Origin: Lytechinus pictus
Lineage: Eukaryota
DNA length: 60,000 nt
Direction: 5' to 3'
Assembly: GCF_037042905.1 (NCBI RefSeq)
Contig: NC_087251.1
Span: 47,184,001-47,244,000, forward strand
Under the pieces are notes generated by a model, which had not been told where the DNA came from, did not search any database, and saw only the letters and a program-made list of their open reading frames with translations. The first letter of the stretch is position 1, and each line of letters opens with the position of its first letter. A program made the translations under genes and the position numbers. Positions 1 to 12,238 of the stretch are shown piece by piece.

Positions 1-187
1 TGGTCTATAATTTTGCACTTCGTAAATTTTGTGTTATATCTACTTCTTTTGTAGTGTCAATAATATGTCAATTGCAAATATTACAGTAATTAGATTTCAA
101 TATCGATTAAATTATATTCATTCATGTTTCTATGGTAGTCTTTTATCTCCATAATGTATACATTCCATTCTTTTAAATTTTTATCAG

Positions 188-3100
188 TTTATTCTGAGTG
201 AAAAAGAAGTGACTATAAAAACCAATCTTTGGATGAAGGAGAATGGAGAATACATGAAACAAATGGAAGGTAACTCAGATTTAAACGTTTGATGTTTTTA
301 CTATTTATTTTGATATTCCTGACATATATGAGATATGCTTTGAAATTGTAATGCTGACAGGCGCAATGAATTAACGGCATATTAATACTTACTTCCGCTA
401 AAATTTTATTCGGACAAGATTGTCTCTCAAATTCACTTTTGTTGTGAATAATGCCATTAATAGAAATACAATAACTAGATGCTTGCCACTAATCAGAAAT
501 TTTGAAATAAAAGAAAATAATATTCAGGGATCAGTTATTTCTATCCTTTAGCTAGTTTGCATTTTTAAAATTACCTTTTTTCTTTATGGCTTTGCTAATA
601 TTTATGTCTTACACTGTAAAACGCATAGAGAGAGCTTTTTCTATTATGCGCTTAATAAATTAATCTTTATTATTGTTGTTATTATGGATACGCTTTTTAG
701 ATCCTCTTTTCTTCACAGGTGTAAAATTAAAGATGTATTTGATTTGATAATTTTCGGTAAAGAAAATTTGAAATTAAAGATGTACCGTACATGCATTTAA
801 TTTCATTATTTTCAGAAAAGGAGAAGAGATTACAAAAAGAGCGAGAAGAACAAGGACTGAAGCCTGATCAGCCAAAGAAGGTGAGTTTGATGTTGATGGG
901 TTTTTTTTTACAACTGAATGTGTGAGATGAAGTATTAGTACAGATAACAATATTGAGAAAATAGTTCATAAACACTTGTCAGAAAATTTTATCTTTTGTT
1001 TATTTTTTCTTGTAGAAAGAATAATGTGGATGCCTCACTGAAATTACATTGCTTTATCTACATTTCTATCTTCGTTTATCTTATAGCACGTAGAAACGTA
1101 TTGTGATATGTGCTTCATATTAAGTTGGTATATTGTTATAACTGTATGAAATATATGGAGGATCCCACTTTCATTACTTACTTTATCCACAATTGTTATC
1201 TTACTATTTCTTTTAGCACCTAGAAACATATTGTGTAAAGCACTTTCTATATTTGGGTATATCATTATTGTTATTACTGTAGGAAATATTCAGATTGATA
1301 CAAATCATTTTCATACATTTATAACAAATATTAACGATACAAATCAGTGTTATTACAATTATATTTAAAAACATCAATGAAGAGAAGAGGGAGAGAGAGA
1401 GAGAGAGACGCAATGGTTGCTATTTGCCTACAGAGACTTACTGAATAGATTTAAAATAACAAGTTAACCCACAGAACAAGACAAAACGAAAAAAGAGTAA
1501 AATAAAACGAAAAAAAAAGCAGGACGACAAAAGAAGAAATAAACATAGATAGAAACAGGACGAATTGCAACCAAAAATAGAGAATAAAACAAAATGATAA
1601 AGACTAATAAAAATAACTTGATGTCTGAGAGATGATAACGAGCAGAAGAAAGCTCTCTCCACTTTCATTAATTACCGTATCCACATTGCTATCTATTTTT
1701 TTTAGCACCTAGAAACATATTGCGATACATGTATGAAAATGATTTGTATCAATCTGAATATTTCCTACAGTAATAACAATAATGATATACCCAAATATAA
1801 AAAGTGCTTTTCACAATATGTTTCTATATCAATGTTATTATTGTAGGAAAAATATGGAGGAAACATTGCTTCACTTTCATTAATTACTTTATCCACATTG
1901 CTAGTTTACTATTTTTATAGCACCTAGAATCATATACGCTTTATATCCTCATACTCTATCTATGTTCATTGCTGTTATAGAAGAGGAAAAGCACAAAGAG
2001 GCCCCCCATCCAGGCCAACACTGCCGGCGAGGCAATCGAGAAGCTCATTGTCGAGAAGAAAATTTCGAGCAAGATAAACTATGATGTCCTGAGAGATCTC
2101 ACCCAGCCTAGCCAAGCCAATAAACCTACCCCACCCTCAAAACCAGCAGAGACCCCACCCCCAGTGAACCTTGGCACCCCGTTCAGGGCGGGAGGAGGTA
2201 CGGGGCAGGGGGGCCAGTTGATGAGGGCAGGGAGTCTGGGTGGGGTGAAGCGACTCAGGCCAACCGTTACACCTGCAAGGCCAACTGTCAGAGATGTGGG
2301 TGAACTGATGTGTTTATTTGTGTGCTGAATCTATTCTGATATTATTCTTTTTTATTCTGAAACTTCTTTAGAAAAATTATGAAATAGGAAATATAAACAG
2401 AAACTGTCCATGTGATGGGTTGGCCTCATTCGAGGTTTCTTCTTTCTTAGCCATTACCGTCCTCTCTTTAATTCATTTGATGTCCACTATTACGCATTAT
2501 CTGTATTATGTATTTCTTATACCCGGTAGTTTGTCTCAAACGTCAAGTCCACCCCAGAAAAATGTTGATTTGAATCAATAAAGAAAAATCAATCTATAAT
2601 AACGTTGAAAATTTCATCAAAATCAGATGTAGAATAAGAAAGTTATGACATTTTAAAGTTTTGCTTATTTTTCACAAAACAGTTATATGCACAACTCGGC
2701 AACACGCAAATGAGAGAGTCGGTCATGTCCTCCACTCACTATATCTTTTGTGTTTTAATGTTTGAATTATACAATATTTCCATTTTTACAGATTTGACAA
2801 TACTGACCAATTTTACTGAACCATAAAATGTTAGAACAATTGTAAATCCCCATGTTCATGAAGGAAGAAAACTTATTTCACCTTCCAATAAGGAGAAAAT
2901 TAAGATATTTCATATAATAGAATACAAAAGAAATAGTGAGTGACGTCATCAGTCCCCTTATTTGCATACCGACCAGGATGTGCATATAACTCTTTTGTGA
3001 AATTTAGCAAAACTTTGAAATGTCATAACTTCCTATTTCACATCCAATTTTGATGAAATTGTGTTATGGTTCTTGGTTTTTTCTCTATTTTGTTCAAATC

Positions 3101-4407
3101 AACTTTTTGTTGGGGTGGACTTGTCCTTTAAGGAGAAATAAATGAAACTTGAAACTTTACGTTTTTGTGTGTTCAGATCGAGTTTTCTGTTATAAGTATA
3201 TGTCACTTGTGCTAAAATATTCTTTTTAATGCTAGGAGATAGTTTTCATGAATATTGACTTTGAAATAAGGTAATACTTAGATTTCAGCTTACTAAACTA
3301 TAGTGAATTTGAACACAACATAATTTGATTTCTGTGAAGATAGTTTTTTGATAGATGCTTGGTAAACTGAAATTCATGTGTACAAATTCATAAAATAACT
3401 TTGACATCTGAAATATCATATATGATTACATTAATGTCATTTGATTAAGATTGTCTTCATCTGGATCTTTCATTCAGGGACCTGCTCAGAAAGCTGTGAA
3501 ACTGGAGACCAAAGAAGAGAAAAATCCAAACCCCTTCACCATCGCGCAGCCTAAAGCCCCCGATGACATAGTGGTAGAGTCCGGCCCCGTACAGTACCAT
3601 GCAGAGGAAGGAATCCACCATGATGATGAAGGGGAGGACGAGTATTATGATGAGGAAGATGATGATCATCTCCAAAGTGCTGCTCAGTTGATGGGACATA
3701 GAGGTAGGTCAAATAAATTGTGCAATGCTTACATTAAAATATGCATATTTGGCTGCCATTTATCTGGACCTCTTTGTTAATTTTCTCATGTATAAATCCC
3801 AATGCTGCTTAATTAAATCTTAATTAATTTTCTTTCATCCCCTTCACTAACCTGATTGGTCTTCTCTACACACTAATGCCCCTTTTGTCTCCTTGTTTCT
3901 AGTGTTGCTGTAGCTTGTTTGTGGTCTATATTATGGTTGTTCCACTTTATATGTTTGTCATTTTGCCTCCGACGAAGATTCTGCTAGGATCGAAAGCTTA
4001 GGCCCCTTTTTGACTTTCTAATTAAATCTTAAAGTAACAAACATAAAACAATGGTGATTTGATTAGATAAATCTGATGCAATCAATGATTGAAAAGGCCA
4101 ATGATTTTTAAAATTGCGTACTGTAAGAACCCGTGTGCGTTCAATATGATTGAGCGACTATTAGAGTGTTCATTTATTAAAGTTACAACATCAATTACAA
4201 CTTTGTTTAAAGTCCAACTTTCTTGAAGCAACTGCAACTGATGGATGATCACCAAACGAACTATGGAAACTCCAGTTCTTTTCATCTCATGTGATGTGCA
4301 CGCATAACTGCAATAACCTCAATTTTAAATTCTTTTTTTCTTCTCATTTATCATCTACAGGTGATGATGATTATCAAGATAACTATGATATGGATGACCT
4401 TGAGTAG
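188..4407 (+). CDS. BRF1: Transcription factor IIIB 90 kDa subunit (BRF1), 3' part only. Exons 188-269, 816-880, 1981-2295, 3478-3703, 4361-4407
   Basis: Spliced translation [32 protein letters not shown]...[32 protein letters not shown]...[10 protein letters not shown]...SAAQLMG...acidic tail* matches the BRF1 C-terminal TBP-binding region ([15 protein letters not shown]). All junctions are GT-AG and in phase. The 5' exons lie outside the window. Confidence 0.93.
2536..3131. mobile_element. TTAA-flanked ~600-bp non-autonomous DNA transposon (Kolobok-like MITE), copy 1
   Basis: Terminal inverted repeats (TIRs) GTCAAGTCCACCCC / GGGGTGGACTTGTCC-TTTAA; closely similar to the copies at 23207 and 27972. 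Confidence 0.8.
3824..4018 (+). mobile_element. Penelope/retrozyme-like short retro-insert with a 14-bp target-site duplication (TSD), in the last BRF1 intron
   Basis: TAATTAAATCTTAA flanks both sides (3810-3823 and 4019-4032). The insert ends in a hammerhead-like motif. Confidence 0.65.
3965..4003 (+). ncRNA. Minimal hammerhead ribozyme-like motif (U4C core variant)
   Basis: Stem I GCCU, core CCGACGA-A, stem II GAUUCU/gcu/AGGAUC, GAAA, palindromic AGCU stem III, U, then AGGC closing stem I. Confidence 0.6.
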
Positions 4408-7400
4408 TAACTGGGGTAGAGCCTCAGTTTTTGATATACCTCTGATATCCAGACACATTTCCATTGCTGGATAAGAAAGAAAAAAGAAGAGGGAGGATGA
4501 GGAAAAGGAGTGAAGGAGGATTTTGAAGAGGAGAAGGGGAATGAGAATGAGAGGGAGAAGAAGAAATCTACATGGACACCTTGCATTCTATGTGAATTTG
4601 ATGTATTCTAAAAGGAACCTCAACTCACAAATTTTGTTTCCAAAAAAATGTTACTTGCTACTGACCAGCAATAAAATGGAAAATGTTTTCAGCCATGCAT
4701 TAGCCTGAACGATGAGTACTACCACACAAAAACATTTGTCCTTGGTTTTTTAACCCCCGCTCCAAACCCACGGCAAAATATTGTAGATGTCAAACTCAGG
4801 AACTCAAATACGATGTAACTTCTTGAATCGTTTTATATGCACTGTATCAATTGGCGAGTGACCAAAGATTAAGGTTAATTCATTAGCTTACAATAGTGAT
4901 AAAGAATGTCTTGAATAAAACATCTAAATAATAGGACCGTTTATTACAACAAATGAAAACCCTTTGAATTAAATAAACAAGACTTTGATGAAGAATTTTT
5001 CTGTTTAATGTTCATTCCATTTGCATCAACCAATCTAACTCTTCAAACTGAAATTCACATAATAAAACTACATAGAATTTCTCAATATACAGAAAAATCA
5101 AATGACAATATTTCAAGAATATTCTCCATAGGAGAGCAATGAGTGAATTAACAAAGTAATCAAGTTTACACTTTGAAATGGAATTACAAAATAGTATTTG
5201 ATGAATTATAACTGAATTTAATACTTGCATTGATATCTTTCAAAGCAAAATCTGCAATTCTCTTCGGGCAATTAGAAAACCACTGTGAGTTGGGACAGTG
5301 ACTTATGTTGGCAATTTTCCAAAATAAACAACTAGCATCAAGCCGAAGTTTAGAAGAATCCTCCGACATTCAATCAGAGTTTTTGTTTTATTTTGTTTTG
5401 TTTTTTGCACATTTTTTCCTCCATTAAGCTTGTCTTTTGTTCATTCTTGCATTTCCTCTTGAGGAGTGCAAGTTGAAAAATTTGAGCATCCCTTTAATAC
5501 TTAGCAGCACCACTTAATGGGGAACATGACTTTGGATCAGAAGATTAAGATTAATACGGTACGTATTTGAGTTCAGGTTTTATGTTTGGCTTCATGAGCC
5601 AATTATTCCTTTGTTTCCTTTGGAGTTCTTATTGCAGAGCAAATGTCAATTGCACAGTTTTAAACTGTCATTATGCCTGCCCAAAATGAAATAAAGAATG
5701 AATTCCCGACTCGAATATATAAGAGTACAGTCTATAATTAATGTTTCTTGGGTACTAGTAATACGATGGTCTCCAGTTGTGTGCAAAATGATTATGGTTT
5801 TTATTGCTAATGAATTAAATAATCATTGGTACAAATAGTAACATTTCAAAGGTAAGACCAGAAACAAGATATTCATATGAAAGAAATTATTTTTCAGAAT
5901 TTTTCATTTATATTGATAGATTATTTCTTATTTTAAAATGTTTTGATAAAAGTATATCAATAATCTAATTTCCTTGTCTTTTTAAAGGCAGTAAATATGA
6001 AAAGAATATTAAGTATATGGGTAAATTATTCCAGAATAATTATTTTATGGGCATTACAAGTATTACCCTCTCCAGTACCAGACAGTCTATAAATTTGAAT
6101 GAATTTTTCCACTCATATTTATTTATTTTCTTATTAAAATGGAGTCATGTTGTATCAAAAGCCTACAGGCACAAAGTTAGCTCAAATGGAAGAAAATCAA
6201 GAAATCAATTTCTTTTACTTTTGGTGAATGAAGACATTCCATATCTTCTAGAATAAACAATACGTATCACCAAAATTACATGGGTGAATAAATCAAGAGA
6301 AAATATTCAGCTTATGAATGCTAAAGAGGAATGAAGCAGATTAATTTCTGCATCATTTATGACCATGAACTCGTAATTTCACTGTAATATGTTTTTTGTT
6401 CATATATCCACCTTGTGTAATGTACAAATGTATATTATGTAAATGAAATAGTTGTGGAGTAATGTATAAAATAATAAAAAAGAAAAGCCTACGAATCCAT
6501 TCTGTGTACATTTGTGATCATTGCATAGAGATATTTCATACCACTATTTGGCAAATGATTATTACATTCTTTATGCGTAATATTAAAAAAAAAAAATCTA
6601 TGCAATTTTGCATTTGAGATTAATTCCTTGATTATCTTCTGGTAGATACTCTATTTTGCAACATCACAGTCTAACCTCTAAAACATGTTGCAAATTAAAT
6701 AAATACAATTAATTTCAGCTGCTCTTTAACTCTAAAATCCCCCTCCAAAGCTCAATGCTGACAAATCTTGAAAAACAATTTACAGTTGAAGTTATTGGTT
6801 TGAATTTGACTTTAAAACCTTCAAGTATTGAATTAAAAAAGAATTTTGATTTTCTCTCATATGCTCTTTTGGTGATGATCTTAATTTCATAAAAGCAGTT
6901 TCTTTTTTAGTCATCTTAATGTCATCCTAAAACTCCTGCACTATATACACCATTGTCTCAATGCAATGGTGTAATAACTTCATCAATATGAAATTAAAAA
7001 TCAAACACAGCTGCACTGTTAATAAGAGGGGGCATCCTTTCAGAGGAGCATTTCATGAAACTGTTATTGTTAGAAGATACTTGCATCTGATTGGCTCAGA
7101 GCAAATTAGTCAGTGAAAGTCACCGACAAAACTCTTCATGAAATGTGATACATATTCACATTCATTCCTGTCATCTTGGTAACTAGGGAATATGGAAATA
7201 TGCTTAAAACTTAGGGCCCTCTTTTATAACTTGGCCAAGATGTTACAAGCTACTGAAATGATGCCATTTCATTGGCTAATAGTGAATTTGTCATGTAAAC
7301 TCTGCATTTGTCATTGATAACACATTTTATTGAGCAAGCAGCATCAATTCTGTTCTTCCTGAAGTCCCATCTTACGATTTCATCAGTCATTCAGTATTTG

Positions 7401-8380
7401 CTCTCTCTCTAACCACCATACTGATCTCCATCTGCCTACATGTTGATTTAATCCCATCATCTTTTTATTGGTGTGGTGCTACCCTTATAAGGGATACTTG
7501 ATATCCATCAAATTTCCTCCAAGTGGGTGTTTCATAAAGCTGTTTGTAAGATACGAACAACTTTACGAATGACTGGTTATCCTTCCTCAGGCGCTAAATC
7601 AACACCAATAAAACTTTGGTGTGTATCCTTTACCAGAAGGATCACCAGTCATTCGTAATGTTGCTCGGAATTTACAAACGGCTTCATGTAAACACCCAAT
7701 GGAATATTTCAAAATGTTGCAATTGTCACCTTGATGTGGAGGCAAGGGTAAGAATCATTAATATTCTTTTGACTTTTCATCATTTCCTGTTGCATACAGC
7801 GATGAAGGACCTCACCTTTGCTCCCTGTATCAGTAAATTAACTTGACTTTTCGTATAAGATTCCATCTTAACAGAGATACTTTAAGACCATCACTTTCCT
7901 TGAGGCTGCTTGCATCACTGATGTTTTCTCTCTCCTTTCCTTCTTACCAGGATTTCAACAAATTCATTACTTTCTTTGAGGATGTTCACAGTTCATCTTC
8001 CTTTTATTATTCCTCCTTCTGTTATTCCTTCTGGAGCAAGACCCGTCACTGCTTGCTTCGAGGATGCTTGCATCATTGCTCGTTCTGTTGACAAGATCTG
8101 TCTTTCTCCAATTGTTCCTCTGACTGTCCTTTTGATTACTTTCACTCCCAATTCCTTGATTGACATTTCATTCTGCCTTGCATTATTCTCCCCCTTCATT
8201 GGTTCTGCCAACGGATCTTCGTTTCTTGATATGATCCAACACCATGTCCTTGTTTGGATCTTCCCTCATCTCTTGCCGATCATAGATCCATCATCCTTCT
8301 GTTATTCCTCTCTCCGTCTTTCCTTCATGTATTCCTCCTTCCATCTTTCCTTCTGTTATTCCTCCCTTCTGTTTTTCCTT

Positions 8381-11300
8381 CTATAATACGACTCTCTGTT
8401 TCTTGATGTGATCCAGCACCATGTCCTTGGAGAGTTTGTTTGGTTCCTCCCTCATCTCTTGCAGATCATGAAGTCTGATCCCTTCCTCCCAGGCCCACAG
8501 CAACCGATGGATTCTACAAGCTCTGCAAAATGATGAAAATTAATAATAGATTAACATAAAAATACAGGGGGGGGAGGTGCGCTCCGTAATTTTCAAGATA
8601 GAATGGTGCACCTCATAGAATGCCTTCATGGGGCACATGGTAGAATACATTCATTTTGTGCTCTTTAAATGTTTGGTGAGAGGAAATGCCCTTCATTTGT
8701 GAGCATGTCAAATTTTTTTTCGGACAAATTCGCAACCTGTAAAAGTATGGGGCCGGATCCACACCTGAAAATAGTGAATACCTGATGATACAAAATACGA
8801 CGATCATTACCCCTCCAAGCTCGAACTTCCGCTTAATTCTGGCACAAAGTGCCATCAAGTAATTATTCCTGCCCACCTCACCTGGGTAGAGTGCAGCATC
8901 ATGCGGATGAATTTCTTGCTGAATGAAAGCATTGATTGTATACCCTCACTTTGCCTAATTCCCTTTCAGTCTTAACCCCACAGTCTATTCCAGTTCAACT
9001 TTCAACCTAATAAAAAATTGGTGTTATTCAGTTTTATAGTCTTATTAAATAATTCTTATCCCAACAAGTTTAAAAATTTCCATTTTGTCTTATACCAACT
9101 TGGTCCAACACTGCATGGTCTATTTGATGACATATATCCTACATATATTCATACTATACTAGACAACCATGAAATGAAAGTATATAAAAATCACAAAGTC
9201 TGAACCATTCAACAGTTCAGTCATAATAATAATCATAAAGAACCATGATACATCAAAGTAGAAGAAAAACTATTCTAGTACAATGAAAATATACTGTAAA
9301 TTAGATTTCAGTGTTCTCAGATGATATATTCTGAGATGACACAAGAAGAACTCACTTGAATGAGGCAATGCTCTCTGGTGGGTACTCAAAGACAGATTTA
9401 CGATTGCTCGTGTTGAAGAAATACAATCTCCTCTGAGATCTACTCCATTGCACTGTCCACGGATCTACACACAATAAACAGTCAACTCATTATTTTACAA
9501 GTTTGACAATCAACAGCAATGGTTTTATGAACAACATGATATTGCAGACTGTCTGGATACACCGTAGACTACTAAATCAACCTTCATAAGTCAAATAATT
9601 GCCTTTAGTTGGAACATTTTTTTTTTCAGAACAGAAAATGCAAACAATGATCCTATGCATCTTCCAAATTTAATTTTGCTGCAGTCATGCAGATTTCTGT
9701 GGGCCCAAACAATGACTTGGGCAGATTCACCTGTAAATTCAGGAGCAACAGCAAAGTTCCATTTAAAAAAGAAAACCTTGCATCTGCTTCTTTGATAATT
9801 GCTTATAGAAAGGGTGAGAATTGTGATATGGTTTTGGCCGAGGATAAAGGCAAGGATTGGTGGTGTTCATTGGATATTTTGTTCCCAGAATACATGATAT
9901 CGAATCATATAGAATTAGTCTTACCATTGCATGTCTTGATGAAGAATATTCCTTGTGGCATGTAATGTCTGCCATTATCAGTCCTGTAACACAGTCTTCT
10001 GTTCCTTCCTCCACCCTTCACCACAAGCATCACTAGTCTGAATGACAACGAAAAAGACATTGGAACCATTATGGGTAAAGTATATATTTGATGGATTCAT
10101 TCACAACATGCAAATTTTCAATTAATGGCACTTGTTTAGAAATCACTTTGTGCAAAGTCTCTCTGACACCAGGAAATACTGATACAGATTTAAATTTTTC
10201 ATTCAGTGAAACATGTGTAGAGAGATTAGTAACAAGTATGTGTGGACAGGTCCTCAAGTGCTCAAATGACAAACAATATTCAAAGGAGATACAAGACGAA
10301 CCCTGTTCTCATCTAATTTCTTGAACTGGTCTCCCTTGAACCACTTCGCAAAACCAATTTAGAGGATTGCTTTCTCATCACACACAATCTCCTGATCTGC
10401 TTTTCACGTAGAGCGATCTTGTTGCTATGGGAATGCTCTCAGTAGGGTCACACGTTTTGTGCAAAATTTGAAACCACGGAGTAGGCATTCTACACACAGT
10501 GTAAGATGAGTACTGTACCCAACATGCACAACTCATACTTGTACTCACAGGTCAAGATTGCTTCCTGAAGAATGGTTGTGTCCTCATCTACGCTCAAACC
10601 AGTGAAACAAGGCAAAGCGGTTTTGGAAACCACATCGTGAGGTTTAACATGTAATTAGAATGTTCGAAGCAGTCTTGAAAGCGATCTTAAGTGGTTGAGG
10701 TGGTTTTTCCAAAAGGGTTTGAAAAACCATGTAAGATCACTTCTAAGACCGCTTTGAACATTCCCATTACACATTAAACCTCTACCGTAGAACGCGAGGT
10801 AAAATCATCAAGAAAAAAATATGAAAATCCTATCAAAATATAAACACATATTCCTTTCGTAGAACTCTGACAAGTTTGGGGGCCTTCCTCTTTAGAGAGA
10901 TTGTCATTTTATTGTTCATTTTGTTTGATTGTGTTACCACCACATTACTCACCTCTCCATGTGTTCAATTTGTGAGATTGTGTTACCACGACATTACTCA
11001 CCTCTCCATGTGTTCAATTTGTTAGATTGTGTAACCACGACATTACTCACCTCTCCATGATCTCAGTGACATCCTGACATCTGAAAACCTCTTTGACCCT
11101 CAGGGGTGTAAGGTCAGATCTCGTAGGTCGGTCTACTGCTTTGACAAATAAACTTATCCTTTGAAGCCTGCAAGGGGTTAATAAAAATCATCATTTTTAT
11201 TTCAACCAATGAAAAGGCAAAGGTCAATGCTTTTTGAATATTTAGACTTGATAATATGCCCTACAAATATACATCATATGTAATTAATTACAGGAGGGTA

Positions 11301-12161
11301 CAGCGGACGTACAGAAACAGAAATGCTAGAATAAACATTGTATTCTTTTCAAAGTTTATTACAAAGTCAATTGAATGTGACCCCATCCCTTTCTAATTTT
11401 TTTTCACTATATTATTTTAAAACCTAAAATGATCCATAAAAACACTTCCCCAAATGTAATCCGGACCTTGGTATGGGCAAAGCAAAATTGACGATTGAAG
11501 AAGGATATAATGTGAACAAATGTCATCACATATTTCACATTTAATGAATGGTCAAAGTACTCACAAGCAACATTCATGATTTTTGTTTCAAATGCAGAAA
11601 TCAATTGTCCTTGAGATCTTTGACAAGCAGAATTAGCCTCATTTCATACAGAAGCTTTGAGTTTTTTTATACCTTACCTTTCTGAGTATGGTAAAGAATG
11701 AATATCCTGACCTGCTAACCACATAGCATCTACGATATGAGCTGTCAACATTCTTCTCTGCCCTGAACCCTAAATGAAATAAAAATGAAAATTGTATTAA
11801 TAAAAATTGAGACCAACATCATCATCATCCTCTTCATCCTCATAATTATGATCATAATCAGCAGCAGAATCAGCATCACCACCGCCACCAATGTCAACAC
11901 CATCACCACCACAACCATCATCATCATCACCATCATCACCATCATCATCATCACCGCCACCACCACCACCACAATCATCGTCATCATCATCATCATCATC
12001 ACCATCATCATCACCATCGTCATCATCATCACCATCATCATAATCATCATCATCATCACCGCCACCGCCACCACGACAATCATCATCGTGAAAATTTTCA
12101 TCACCATCATCGACATCTTTATCACCATCATAATCATTACCGTCATCATCACCATCATCAT

Positions 12162-12238
<77 letters not shown>

